NCBI GenBank assembly: GCA_964035545.1
Contig: OZ037765.1
Location: forward strand, 28,891,504 to 28,955,503
Direction of reading: 5' to 3'
Origin: Bugula neritina
Lineage: Eukaryota; Animalia; Bryozoa
DNA: 64,000 nt
The notes under the pieces were generated by a model. That model searched no databases. It saw only the letters and a list, made by a program, of their open reading frames with translations, and had not been told where the DNA came from. The position numbers and the translations under genes were made by a program. This document shows, in pieces, positions 50,701 through 63,965 of this stretch (the first letter of the stretch is position 1; every line of letters begins with the position of its first letter).

Positions 50701-53700
50701 CAAACTATGCCACTGTGTCTAGGTACAACACAAATAAACATAAGGGCTATACACACAGCAATACAGTGGGATAATGTAGACAGTCTGTTTTCCTCACATT
50801 TTTGTCATACAAGATACATTCACAGGATTTCATCTAATACATGTATGTAACAGTGCAAGTAGGAATAGATGTAACAACTTGCTAATAGCTTATAGGAAGA
50901 GCTGATTTTGTGCCCAAAGAGTTTAAAATGATTACACGGAGGATGAGAATACTATTGTGCTATAAGTTATAAATCAGAATAGAAAATAATGTATTGCAAT
51001 TAGACGTGTGCATGAAGCCTGGATGTACATGCAGAAGCAGCTTCTTGCAGACCATTATAGCTTGAGAAGTTATCCACTCATAAATTAAAGCTTTTCTGGC
51101 AGATCTAAGCTCAAGACCTCTAAGCTAACTCTAAATATCAGCATCATTGGTTATTGATGAGATACTGAAATAATAATCCTGCGTTTTGTAAAGAAAATGA
51201 TTGTGCCTTCAATTATAATATTCTACTGACACCCATTCACATTTCTATAACGTAAAAGAAAATGAAAGAGCTGTTAATGCTACAGTAAATAATATGCTAA
51301 TACCAGAATATATTATTATTGTGAATGCTATGAGATTAGACTATTTTTTGTAAATTAACAATTAGAGAAGCTGATATTATATGTGTTTCTCTCTGCATAA
51401 TCAAGCGACTTCCGGTTATAAAAACTCACACAAGGTTATAGTTGCCACCCTGTTATACCTGCATATTATGTCGTCTTAAGTACATTAAAAACACACCCTG
51501 GCCTTATAGATGATATACAGTTTGAGCTCTTTTATGTGATGCATCTGCAAGCTGTTGGTTTTAATTTAAAAAATGTTTGCACATTAGTGATTTCAGCTTC
51601 TTTCTTTATAAAGATATTATTATTAGCAGATATTTCATCAAATTCTGCAAATAGTTAGTAGAGCTATGAAAATCGGTTCTGCTAGAAAATGTAGAATTTG
51701 GTAGAATTATCTGTAAAGCCAGAATAAATGGCTTCCAAATTTATCAAGCAGTTTGATTTCATTTGACAGATTTAGCTTGCGTCAGCTAAAGGGATATGAT
51801 CTCAAGTTTCAATTTTATTTGCTGTCTAATATCTGCAATTACATCAGCTAATTAGTGAAAAAATATGCATGCAGAGAGGTCACAATATTGCTGTTAATAA
51901 TAATCTATCATATTTAATGTTAATATGTACTAACTTTATAAGAAATCTGTAAAATATCAACTATAATGCCTGGTTGTCTTTTTGCTAGTAATTTTGAATT
52001 CCTTCAGGGCAGAAATTTCTATCTGTATTCAATACACACTGTTCCACCCCCTAGCCCTCTCAAAAAGTTCATCTTACATCTTATATTAGCTCCCTATAAG
52101 CATTAAAACTTTTCGCTACATACCGATTTTATTCCATACCAATATACGTTTTAAGTAAACCAACCATTTAAGATAGGGAGAAAAGCAAAATTGTATTTAC
52201 TACTTGATATGATGAACACTATTCTCCCCCAACATAGTATTGCTGCCTGCTATATTCATTATCATGCTGCTATGTGGTTAAATTTTACAATAAACTTGTC
52301 CAAATGCAGCTGGTAACTGTTGAATAACTCATTCCTACTCAAAATAGTCCCTTATAATGATTTCCCCCCACTGTTAATTGAATAAGCACCATTCGATCAT
52401 GTTGTAATGGAAGCATTGGTTTCAACTGTGTTTCTTTGCTTGTCATGCAATTATACATTTTGTCATGTCATCTGAGTTTGGTAGAAATTGCTTCAAGTTT
52501 TAGCTAGTTATATAAATAGCCAGAGGCTAAAAAACAAGGTTACAAAGGCTACGATAACAGAATAATTTAGCTCATTTGATACACATGTATGCATTAAGGT
52601 TGTATTTGAATCAAATAACTATTAGTATAGGGGGTTATTCTTAATGTATTCATTACCTGGCAATGATGAAAGAAACGAAATATTGCCAAATGCAGGCCAA
52701 ATTTAATTTGAAACACAAACATGTCAATATTGAATGATTATGCTGAAATTAATTTAGTAAACTTCTTTTAGTTGCAGTAAGTTTACAAGTTCACAGCAAA
52801 ATGTTTAACAACAATTAACAATCTTAGCAAAAAATTAGCATTTTACTTCCAGCTTGCTCTACTTGGAGAATGGTAAATTATTAGTCATTTGTATAGACCT
52901 TCTGTAATGAATATCTAATTTAGTTACTCCAGTTGTCAGTGCAGTTGAACGTGTGAATCAGATGGTAAACGGAGGTTAAGAAACTGCATTGAGCAGTAAC
53001 TTCCTGAAGCTGGCTTACCCAGCAGTTGGCCGAGATATGAAGGAAAACCAAAATGAAAAGAAGTTCAGGTGGTTGGCAGATGTAATTACTGCTGCACATG
53101 CCTCCTATCTAGCTTAACCACAAGCCATGCCTTATAATTTGGTTGTACTCATCAAATAAAACCACACTGTCACCCTGGCACTTACCAGCTACAAGATTTC
53201 GTTGGTGGCAAAGGGAAGATATAGTTCCTAAATATGGTACTTTGTAGGTCCAAAGAAACTGGTAAATCTCTGTATAGTTGCAAGAACCAAGCAGCATGTC
53301 TAAACACATTTTTGTTCTGTTGAAAAGCCTGTAAAACATAACAATTCTTGTAACAATATTAGGACAGACATCTGACTGAATAGAGTTTTGACCAAATAAA
53401 TAGGTGTAGGAGTTGTAAAGAATTTCTTACTTGGCAAGAATGAAAGCAGTAAGGTAGCTGAGACCCTGCAATTCAACATTACTCAGAATATTTGGACTGA
53501 TTTGTTTTAAATACCATCATTATTTCATAGGTAAGCCATTAGAATTCTGTTACTGATGGTCTGGCTGGTGTACGTGCTACTTAGCACTGGGTACATTGCA
53601 TAACGGTAGTATAACGGTAGTATTTGCCTGGTATTTTAAGGGACTAAAGCCTTCAGATAAATTGAGAGTAGCTAAAGCGTAGAAATTTGTGACAACACGT

Positions 53701-54697
53701 GATTTATTCACTGACTTTAGCCAAAGATTATTTTATTTGATAAAATGAGATTGTCAAGGAATTTGGTAGTATGTATGAGTCACAAACTAGGATATTAATC
53801 TTTTGTAAAGGAAGGATTATAAATATCTAAGTTACAAATTTACATAAATATAATCAACTTTTAAATTTATTATTTTACTCAAATCATATATGAGTTGAAG
53901 AGAGAAATAGTACAATAACCCTCAAGTCAAGTGTAGCAATTTAAACACTTTACATTCCGTAAAATCAGGTTGCCTATGTTGTGAAACCAATGCAAAATAT
54001 TTTGCCTGAAAAATTTCGCAATTTCTCAAAAATTTCTCAAGTGTTAGATTTTGCAACTCCTAAATTTCGTGCTACAAGTTTATGTCTATATAACAAAATC
54101 TCATGCTAAGTCATATGCCCAGTATATGAGTAGTAAGAGTATCAACTTTAACCTCAGAAGCCAAGTTTTCGTGGATTTTTATTTCCTATCAACAATTGAG
54201 TATATTTTTTTATGAGTAGACATTATACTTATAGTATCATAGTATTGGTACATAGAAACTTTTTTATTGTAAGTATATTTCATCCCAATAGCACATATTC
54301 ACTAATCTTCAAACAGTTACTTCAAACTAGACGGTATGTACGCTATAATGAATCCTCCTCAAAGCTACCTAGATTACTTAAAACAAAGTTTTACAGCTTA
54401 AGCTAGTTTTATTGGTACATTCAAGCACTCCTAAAATGTAGCTGTTTGGTTAGAATAAACTTACTGGCAGAGTTGACACGTTTGTTCGCTGATGAGAGGG
54501 TCACACTCATTGTCGATGTTTCCGTGTATGGCTAAAGCTGCCGAGTGCATCAAAGTGATCTCCTCCCTCAAGCAGTTGGCTGTCAGGTTTATAGTTGAGG
54601 GACAAGATTGAGGTCCGTAGAATACGGTAGTTGCTTGTATATAGCTCACAGTTACAGAATTAAGTAGAAATATAATGATCACAGAAGTTGTTCGCAT
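47719..54697 (-). CDS. Uncharacterised secreted Cys-rich protein, probably GPI-anchored, 282 aa; exons 54697-54465, 53328-53186, 50484-50391, 48638-48467, 47925-47719
   Basis: Five exons with GTAAG donors, YAG acceptors and matching phases (2,1,2,0), totalling 849 nt without internal stops. N-terminal hydrophobic signal, 15 Cys, several N-x-T sequons, hydrophobic C-terminus (FYFGLSYYFVIKTIYFL*). Confidence 0.78.
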
Positions 54698-56090
54698 GTT
54701 TAATGGAATGTCTAAAAGTGAATTAAAAAGTAACAGTTAGGTTTCCATTAGTGAGTGTGGAATCTAATCATTCTTGTGTTGAAGTCATTTATACCACAGC
54801 GTAGACCTCCATGAACCCTTCTTGAATGTGCAACCCTTATGATTAGAATGTGCTGTTTGCAAACCGAGGAAAAGAGCTCTCCGTTTTACTACCGATCAGC
54901 TCGAGTAACTCAACACTAATAAGCTATTAGTCACCTTATACTTTGTTATCTGTCTTACAACAGATCATAATAGTATAAGCTGCATTATACACTATCGTAT
55001 ACACAGACTTAGTTATGTCACATGGAGATCATTATTAATAGGTTTGAAACCGTACAGTCGAACTACAACATTACTCCATCAAACAATAGGTAATCAAAAT
55101 ATAATTTTGTATGAGAAAATATACAGTCAATACAACAGGTAACAATACTGCTATCAAAAGTAGCAATCTTTCACATGGTATTGTACGAGATAGAAACCCA
55201 ATTATTCATCAATTTGGGATAGTGCAACCTTATTTTTTGACAAAGACATGTGATTTAAAACACACAAAAAATGATTTTTAAAAAAAATCAAAATAGTTAC
55301 AACAATGTTATTTGTTCCAGATAATCTTCCAAATGCGTATGCATTATTACCTTATGGATTAAATACATTACTATCTTTGATCTTCATTGTAATTTGCTAC
55401 ATACGTATTTGTCCTATTATAAAATATTATTATAAACATGCTTCAGCTTGAAGATTTTAACTTCCAATTGTCAATTCTATAATAAAATTACAATTCAAAC
55501 TACTTGAAATTTAAATTTCAACACTATTGATGAGTTTCCTGCACACCTCAGGGCATGGCTATCGTTAAATTATAAATTACAATCTATTAAAGGTTGCCTA
55601 GGCTTTGTGATTTTTGGCAGATCTCTTGAAATAACACAGGTATTCTTTTGCCAATAATTTATTTAGGCATACAAAATAAATAAATGTGTTTTGAAGGGCA
55701 AGAATATACTTCTTAGAAAAAAGTAGACAACTTCACATATCGTATGATAATATTAGTATATTAACTTTTTTATATACAATGCTGCGATATATGCCTAAAA
55801 GGCAGAAATTAATTACAAATATTGTTTATTGCTGCATGGCATTATGCCACATTCATGATACTGTTTACAACAATCAGTTACCACATCTTTTTTCTTTCAG
55901 ACAAAATGTATTTAGAAAATATTAAATTACTTTGTGATGCGACTAACGTAAGCACAATTGTTGTGCAATACACAAGGAAATAGCGAAATGCTACCAGTTT
56001 GTTTAGACAAATCTTATTAAATTTTGAAATGTTTCTACAAAAGCTATGTCATAAATATTATATATAGAAAAATATATAATTTATTGCAAT

Positions 56091-59000
56091 ATGGCAAGCA
56101 GCAAGGGTTTAGATGGAAAAGGAAATAAAGGTAACTCCAAGATAAGTGAACATAAAAAAGGAAAAGGTAAAGTGAAGAATAAAGACAGTCAGGCTCATGA
56201 TATTGAGTCAAAAGCCATAGCTATAAATCATGGAACTGCCCAAAAGCAAAAGGTAATAAAAACTAATACCAACGATGACAATAATACTTGTAAAATTAAA
56301 AATGTGAATAGTGCCAGTGGTGACCATAATAATCGACAATGTACACAACTTGAGAGCAATCCTGTTCGAAATTTTATCGATTTGACTCACAATGAAAGTA
56401 CAGATGATGAAACAGCATCGAAGATGCAATGTGAACCTAACCGCCCTATTTTAAAATCTGAGTCCCACATTGAAGACCAACTTGATCCTATGGAAGGAAC
56501 CAGCTCCAGGCCCCTAAGTAGAAATAACCTATTCAAGAAGTCTAAACAAAAAGTTGTTTCAACAAAGAAAGTCAATAAAGTAGAAAAACTGAAAAGAGCT
56601 TCATCAAATGTCCCTAAGAAAAAACAAATGTCTAATCAAAGTCAACAAACACAGACACACCAACTCACTCAAACAGCGACATCTCAGCCTTCTGAAACTG
56701 CAAACTTTCCCGGATTTAATACTCAAACTACCCAGAATCTACAACCAGTCATCAATGTACACCAACATTTTTCAAGAAATGCAGGAGAAACAACGCTTGG
56801 CTCAGTCATGATTGACAACATTTTAAGAAGGTCTATTCGAGAATATGAAAGATTTAGACCTAGAAGAAGCAACAGACCTATACCATTCATTGTACAGATT
56901 GAACCGTACCCACTTCCTGTATCTAGAACTAGGGCTAGCATGAGAACCGTGCAAGTTTCTCGTTCTGCTATTACCAACTCTGTCACCTCAACATTCACTT
57001 CACCAAGTGTGACGCCAGTTTCCAGTAATATGCGACAGAGTCAATTTATAAGGTAATATATTTATAGTAATTTAGGTACCATACTTTAACATATTACATA
57101 TTAACTATACATAGTTATATTATATCTATCAGTATAACTAATATAATTTTACATGATAATTAAGCAGCAAGCTGCGATAATTGAGACTAGCTGCTGATAT
57201 GGGTTCCAGATTATTAACCAGAAATGTTAGATTTGATAAAATTGCTTTGACATAAAGAATAAATAAATTCATTTTATATTTATTTATAATTGCACATTTA
57301 AAAATTGAAATTTTGCCATAATTGAACAGTCAAAAAATTAAAAAACCTGCACACTCAATTTTTATCAGAATATAGAATTTAGTATGTAGACATGTTTCAA
57401 CTTCAAATTTATTCGACATCTAAAATTATAGTTTATTTCTGCTATGAAAATTATATTTGGCAGAATAAACAACAGGCAGCCAGCTCATCAGCTCACAAGT
57501 GATTACTACCAAATGGTACAGTTGACCAGGTCTGACGTGAATACTCCTCCAGCCAGCAACAGTACAGGCTTTACCAATGGCAGGTCACGTAGCCTCAGAC
57601 AGGCATCAGCTATGCAACAAATGATCCAACCATCAGTTATGTCCACTTTACCCGCAGAGGGAGGTATTCCAGCAAACAACACTATAAATAACACATCCCG
57701 ACAAATCAGAAGAGCACCAAGTTCACAGCCAGTGATGTCACAGCTTCCAGCACAACAGCCTACAGAAATCATAACACGGAGCCGACCTCAAAGAAATGAT
57801 TCATACTACTCAGATGCACAGTTACCAAACCTTACCAGGATAGGCCCTCCCAGGGGCAGCTATACCACACGTGACATCACACAAGGCCCTAGACAAGCGA
57901 CGCCTGCGCAATCCGTAAATTTACGGCGCCCTTCTCTAGAAAATACAGACACTGCTTTACGAAGAAATGAAATCTACAGAAGTCTACCTCACCTTTCAAG
58001 CCCCCAACAACCACGTTCAACAAATGTGGGAAGTCGTAGAATAAATGACACAACACAAAATGTTAGAACACCGGCTACACAATCTCAGGAAACGGTACAA
58101 GGAAACAGATCTAGTGCATTCTCGCATTATTACATAAATCCTCATTCACCTCATTTAACAAAACTGCCAATCCAACCAAAACTTCAACAAATTCAAGTTG
58201 GCATACCGAGCGCTCATATTAAAACCGAAGAGAGTAAAACTAAAAAGTCCCAATTACAAACACAAGTCTCAAGAGCTAGCAACTCCAAAGCCACAGCTAC
58301 AGGATCAGGAACAGTAGGTAGTGGGCAGCAGCAGAATACCCAATCTACATCTGAAAGATATCAGCCAAAGCTTAATACAGGGTCACCTTTTGCATCACAA
58401 AGTCAAGTAAAATCAAAGCAAAACCATGATATGAAAATGAAAAAATGCACCCTCAACAAAAAGCGGTTGCAGTTTTATCACGGCACTCGGCATAGGCCAC
58501 TAGAGCCTAACCAAATGAAAAAATTTTCTCTACGTCCAGGCTTGAAGGTCATTCCACAACCAGCAGCAATGCCTTCACGGAACACACCAGAAGCAACCCA
58601 AATCACAGAGTCCCTAACTCCATCTCTCAACAGAGGAGGTACACCCAGTTGTAGCAGCTGGCAGCACCAGACCAATGGTCAGAGTACATTTTTTGGATCC
58701 CGAAAACCCATTACAGAGAAACCCTCGGCCATGTTGACAAGACCAAAGGCTACAGCAAGCAGTTTTGCTTCAAAGAAAGCTATTAAAAAATATAAGCCTG
58801 CTAAAATTTCAACAGGCTGGTGGTCGGCTTACCCAAGATACCAGCCATTATATCGGCCTCTGGATCCACCAGCCGGAACTTCTGGCTCTGGAATTATCTC
58901 AAGAGAACTTGTTAAACAGGCAATAAGTCAAGCAAATAGAATGGGCAACGAAGCAATTCAAGCACAAACAACATCAAGCTCACCAGCTAATACCAATGTT

Positions 59001-59252
59001 TCCACTACTTCACAGCAACCAGTTTTGGCAAACACATCTTACCGATGTCAAAGTTCAAGTCACAGCAACAGACCACCAAACATTGCGACAACTTGCATAA
59101 GATGCGGCTGCTATTACACTGTTACCTGCGAGAATATATGCAGTGGCAGGTTCAACATCTCCATAGCTGAAGCAGGATGCCCAAGATGTTGGAATTCGAA
59201 TAGTTGCTACTGTGGACAACCATTTTCTGATCGTTATGTGAACCCTAACTAA
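56091..59252 (+). CDS. Uncharacterised, largely disordered S/T/Q/N/P/R/K-rich protein with a C-terminal Cys cluster, 916 aa; exons 56091-57052 and 57464-59252
   Basis: Two long ORFs in AT-rich DNA joined in phase 2 by AG|GTAATA...GGCAG|A; C-terminus CIRCGCYYTVTCENIC..GCPRCWNSNSCYC. Confidence 0.8.
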
Positions 59253-59767
59253 CAAAATTGCTTTCAATGACCGAAACTTTAAATTATATGAAACTGATTA
59301 TTTAACAGCGTGCTCATTATGATTACTAAAATATAATATTGACAAGCTTATGTTTAATATGTATGAAATACTCTGTTGAGATTATTGTTTGAAAAATTAA
59401 TAAGATATGTCTACGAATTCAAATGCCTTACTATAACTTGGTATTTTAACAAGTTAAAATAAACTGAACACATCTTATTTCAGCGTCTTATGAAAAATTA
59501 GTAGCATATAATAAACTTGAAAGTAACAATAAAAAAATACACTTGAATAAGGAACAAAAAATGTACTGATTCATATCATACAGCTTAAAAGATGTGGAAA
59601 ACAGTCTAAGAATGATAAAAATTGAAACGTCTCAAAATAAGATTCTCTAAATAATATTATGAGTAAAAGCCATTTACTTTTTGTACTCAGCTAATAAAAG
59701 TTAATAGCAAGAGAGCCACATGAGGACTACTTGTGAGTCTAGTAGGTCATAGGAGATACTACATACA

Positions 59768-62471
59768 TTATGCATCTTGTGTCAGAGGTTCAAGGAGAGA
59801 TCTATATTTCTCTTTGTCTACTTCAAGAATGAGTTCAGCAGGTTTCATGTCTCTGGGATGCTGGCCATCACACCACTCGATAACAAGCATTCCTACATAG
59901 GAAGGGTAAACATGACCACCCTTCATAGTGTAATAAATTATAACAACACAGGCTAACCAAACTAAAAAATATGTCATTTTATACAAACTCAAAGTTTAAA
60001 TAAAATTCTAATTGAAAAACTAAATGAATAGTTTTAGTAGTCTTTCTAGTGTCAAACAGATTAACAACAGTCACCACATATCTGATAAGTGGCTGAACAT
60101 TTACACTAAGAAATGAGGAGCTTATTTAAGAGTTGTGTTCTCCAGCATCATACTGAGAATGGAAGTCAATAAAAACAATTTTTCATCATGTGATGAGAGA
60201 ATAGTTGGAAGCTAGAAGTTGATAGCAACTGAGTGATGCAGAGTAAGAAGATAATAATTACTAAATTACATAATATTACTAATTATTACAATCATTTACT
60301 ACATAATGATGGAGCATATTTTGCAGGAAGAATACAGCCAGGCCTAGTACTTATATTACTGCATAATTTATCAAAAACAGTTTAAAAAGCAAGTTTAGTT
60401 TCCAAATAGTATAGTATTTTCATTTAAGTATTATAACCATTACAAACTATTATTTAACATACCTCTAGTACTGTGGCCTGCTGTTTCTACGGTCACTTTT
60501 TTGTGGATAGATTTCAAGACAATGTCAGGATGCAATGCCACACTTACTGCAAAGGGGTCGCACAGAGAAAAACCGACGTCGGGAAAATCTTCTTTACTAT
60601 ATTCAACAAAAGCTTTTAGCATACTCTTCATGAAATGCCCCCTAACATTGATGGGTTCAGCCAGCCACTTATCAAACCATTCCTAGAATGAAGCAGCATT
60701 CTAGTCTATAACGGATTTTCAAATGCTAAAAAGTTCTAAAAAATGCTTTTGGCAAAATAAAGTCAACAAATGCTCATCTTTATTCCACACAAGATAAATA
60801 TAAACATACAATATAGTTGCTTCATAAAAGGCAACATGTAAATATATAAACCAAGTTCGTTGCCAGAAAAACAGAAATCATTTAAATATCTTTTAATACA
60901 TAAATTAAAATGTTATCAAAACAAACTTTTGAAAGACAGAATATTTATAATGGCAGAACTAGTGCCTCAGTCGTACCAATTTCAGAAATGCTCAATGGGT
61001 AGGGAGGTTCAATCTACAGCTTCAGTGTTTCACAAGCTGCTTTTTGTTTTGATAACCAATGAGAAATCACATATTATTTTAATTGGATTTTTAAACATGA
61101 TGCATTATCAAATGGCCTAAATATTTATGATTATAAAAAATTGTGGTACAGAATAAAAATCCAATTCAATATATATGTGAAGAAAACACTAAGTAACTGG
61201 AAACTAACTGGCAACTAGCAACTTAACTGGCAACTGAAAATTAACTAGCAACTAACTGGCAACTAGCTGGCAAGTAACTAGTGACTAAGTAATGATTGGT
61301 GGCAAAATCTCCAGATTAAGATGCAATATTAAAATAAAATTGATTACCCATGAAAATGAATTACGTCCAGTCCACACAACTCCCACCCACAAATCTGCAA
61401 CGGGCACACAGTTTCTTCAACAACAATTTTCGCTGATTCCGGGTCTACATGGAAATTAAACTCTGCGGCCAATTGTACATTACCCTTGCCTACAGTATGT
61501 ACATCAATATTAGTGTGTGTGTGTATGTGTGCGTGCGTGTGTGTGTCTTTCGCTGCATAAGATATTATATACCGCAATTATACTATTTAGACAGAAACTA
61601 ACCTTGAATATTTCCTCCCATAACAACCAATTTCTTGAGTTTAGAAGAGAAACTTTCATCTAGCCTATAGGCCATGGCCAGGTTTGTGAGAGGACCAAGT
61701 GTCACCACCGTAACCTCACCTTTAATTTAATAGTTTTAATAAAATATACTAAACCAATAATTATTATTAGAGTAGCAGTAACATAAAAAGAATAAAGATA
61801 AGTTAACTACTTATGAGGAAAATTACAACAACATTTTAAATGAAAAATTAATTTAGAAGACAGTATTCTACTATAAACTAACACATTGCAGCAATAGATA
61901 ATCTGTACAAGCTAACCAGGAAAATAATATAATATTGTTCCTTTGCTCACCAGGATGCTCATTAACCATTTGAATAAGTTTTGTAACTGCATGGTCAGGT
62001 TGAAAGCTGTCGGGACAAGGTTCAAAGTTGTGGGCAACACCTCCCAGTCCATCATTCGAATGTATACTAGCACGAAGTGAGCTTCCCACCGTCAGGGGCT
62101 TTGAACATCCACGGTAAACTGGAACCTACATAAAAACTCTAGCTAAATATCTCTAAAGTTCTACAAAACATCATGGAATCTACTGCTTCATGTGCATAAA
62201 AAATCAAGAATAGTGTAAAGTTGCAATTTAAACTTTAACTTACACTTTGTTGAGAAACTTTGAGTGTGCGCAACACGTTTTGTACAGCAACATCAACTGG
62301 ACAGTTACCACCAACACAGGTTATTGCAAGCAGGTCAATTTCTGAACAGATCTCCTTAGCATGCAACATCATGAGAATGGCCACAGCATCATCTACTCCA
62401 CAGTTGCAATCAATTATAAACTTCTCCTTCTCTTTTGCAGAGTTATTCGCACTGTCACTACTGCTAGCCAT
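59768..62471 (-). CDS. Inosine-uridine preferring nucleoside hydrolase family protein, 6 coding exons
   Basis: IIDCNCGVDDA, AITCVGGN, VPVYRG, HSNDGLG, TLGPLTNLA, VMGG, GN..AAEFNFHVDPESA, LCDPFAV, VET..TRGMLVIEW. Confidence 0.93.
61195..61282. repeat. Degenerate (AACTGGC/AACTAGC) tandem repeat in a nucleoside hydrolase intron
   Basis: aactggaaactaactggcaactagcaacttaactggcaactg... Confidence 0.7.
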
Positions 62472-63475
62472 CAGGGTAATAGTATATAATAGTTGATAAT
62501 CTAATTATTGATCGTTATTGGGATGTTAATGTTTGGTAATGCCAAGTATCTGAAAAAAATTAATACAGAGTGAGTAAAATACTGATACAAAACAGTAACA
62601 GTGAGTATAAGACCAAGTTCAAGTTGAAATATTGTTATATTAGATACTAGAGGCATTTAGATATGCCTAATGCAACGCAAAGTATGCATACAATTATATT
62701 CTAGATATCTGCGTATATTATGATACAAGTATAATATATATTCTGCGTATGTCTATGTTGGTATTGTACTAACCAGTAATACTATTTATAGAAGCTTCTT
62801 CTCTTTAGTCACACCTGATCAGGACAAATTCCAGTGCACAAGAGAGATTTTATTTCACAGTTACCACATCAGTTTAGAGGGCTCTCTCCTCAGTTACCAA
62901 TCATAGCTAGAGCTCCAATATTTGATATAAAGGTAAGATTAACGAAAGTGTCAAGTATCATATAGCTGAAAAGTAAATGCTCTAACCCTTAGGCTAGAAG
63001 TCCATGTACGGAGGTTCATATGTTAACATATGTGGAAGATGTACTATGCTGCTATTAAATTAAATATATATAATTATATTATCTCCGGCAATTAAGTGAA
63101 TGTCCTGTGTCATGGTAGATAATGTCCATGTGTGTCTATTAGAAGCTGCTGTTATAGTATTATGGAAATAAAAGGTATCAATATGGAAAAAGATAGAATA
63201 CATGTAAGCATTCAATACAAGGACATTATTGAGCCCTAACAAACACTGCAGGAAAGTTGGTGCTGTATGTGTGTGCGTGCGTGTGTGGTGTGTGAGTGTG
63301 ATATATTAAGACTAGGATCTACGAGCATGAGTGCTGACTACCTTATATCAGTATAGGTCAACATATTGTCTTACGAGTTATGACATTGTTTATCACTATA
63401 GATTATAATTATCATCATAATAAAATAATGATCATCAAAATGATTTACCTTTAAGCAATGTCAAGTCCAATAAGT

Positions 63476-63965
63476 CCTAAGTAAAGATAACCTATTCAAA
63501 AAGTTCATTTGACAAAAAAGCCAACAAATTAGAAAAACTGAAAAGAGCTTCAACAAACATTCCTAAGAAAAAGCAAATGTCTAATCAAAATCAACAAACA
63601 CAGACACACCAACTCTCTCAAACAGCGACATCTCAGCCTTCTCAAGTTTCAAATTTTCCCGAATTTAATACTCAAATTACCCAGAATTTGCACCAGTCAT
63701 TAATGTACACCAACATTTTTCAAGAACTGCAGGAGAAACAACACTTGGCTCAATAATGATTGACAGCATTTTAATGAGGTCCATTTGAGAACATATCTTA
63801 AGTTAAAATAAGCTGAATACATCCTATGACAGAATCTTATGAAAAAATTCTCAGCATATAATAAATCTAGAAAGTAACAATAAAAGTGTAACTTAGTGTA
63901 TTATAAAAGTTTAATAAGCATAAAAGCTTTGCTGTACTTCAAAGACATGTAAAAGACAATTTTAG
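63476..63965 (+). pseudogene. Decayed, internally deleted duplicate of the 56091-59252 orphan gene
   Basis: 63476-63793 aligns to about 56513-56847 with indels and a CGA>TGA change. From about 63800 the sequence aligns to the 3' flank of the same gene at about 59451-59530. Confidence 0.85.

Noticed and set aside
52920-53185. In-frame TAG at 53111-53109 suggesting a pseudogene or readthrough in the Cys-rich gene
   Set aside because: A strong G|GTAAGT donor at 53185 ends the exon earlier and is in phase with the next exon, so the stop is intronic.
53431-53479. Alternative signal-peptide first exon MLNCRVSATLLLSFLP with a GTAAG donor (- strand)
   Set aside because: It ends in phase 1 while the adjacent exon needs phase 2, giving an early stop. 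It could only work by skipping to the 50484 exon, for which there is no evidence.
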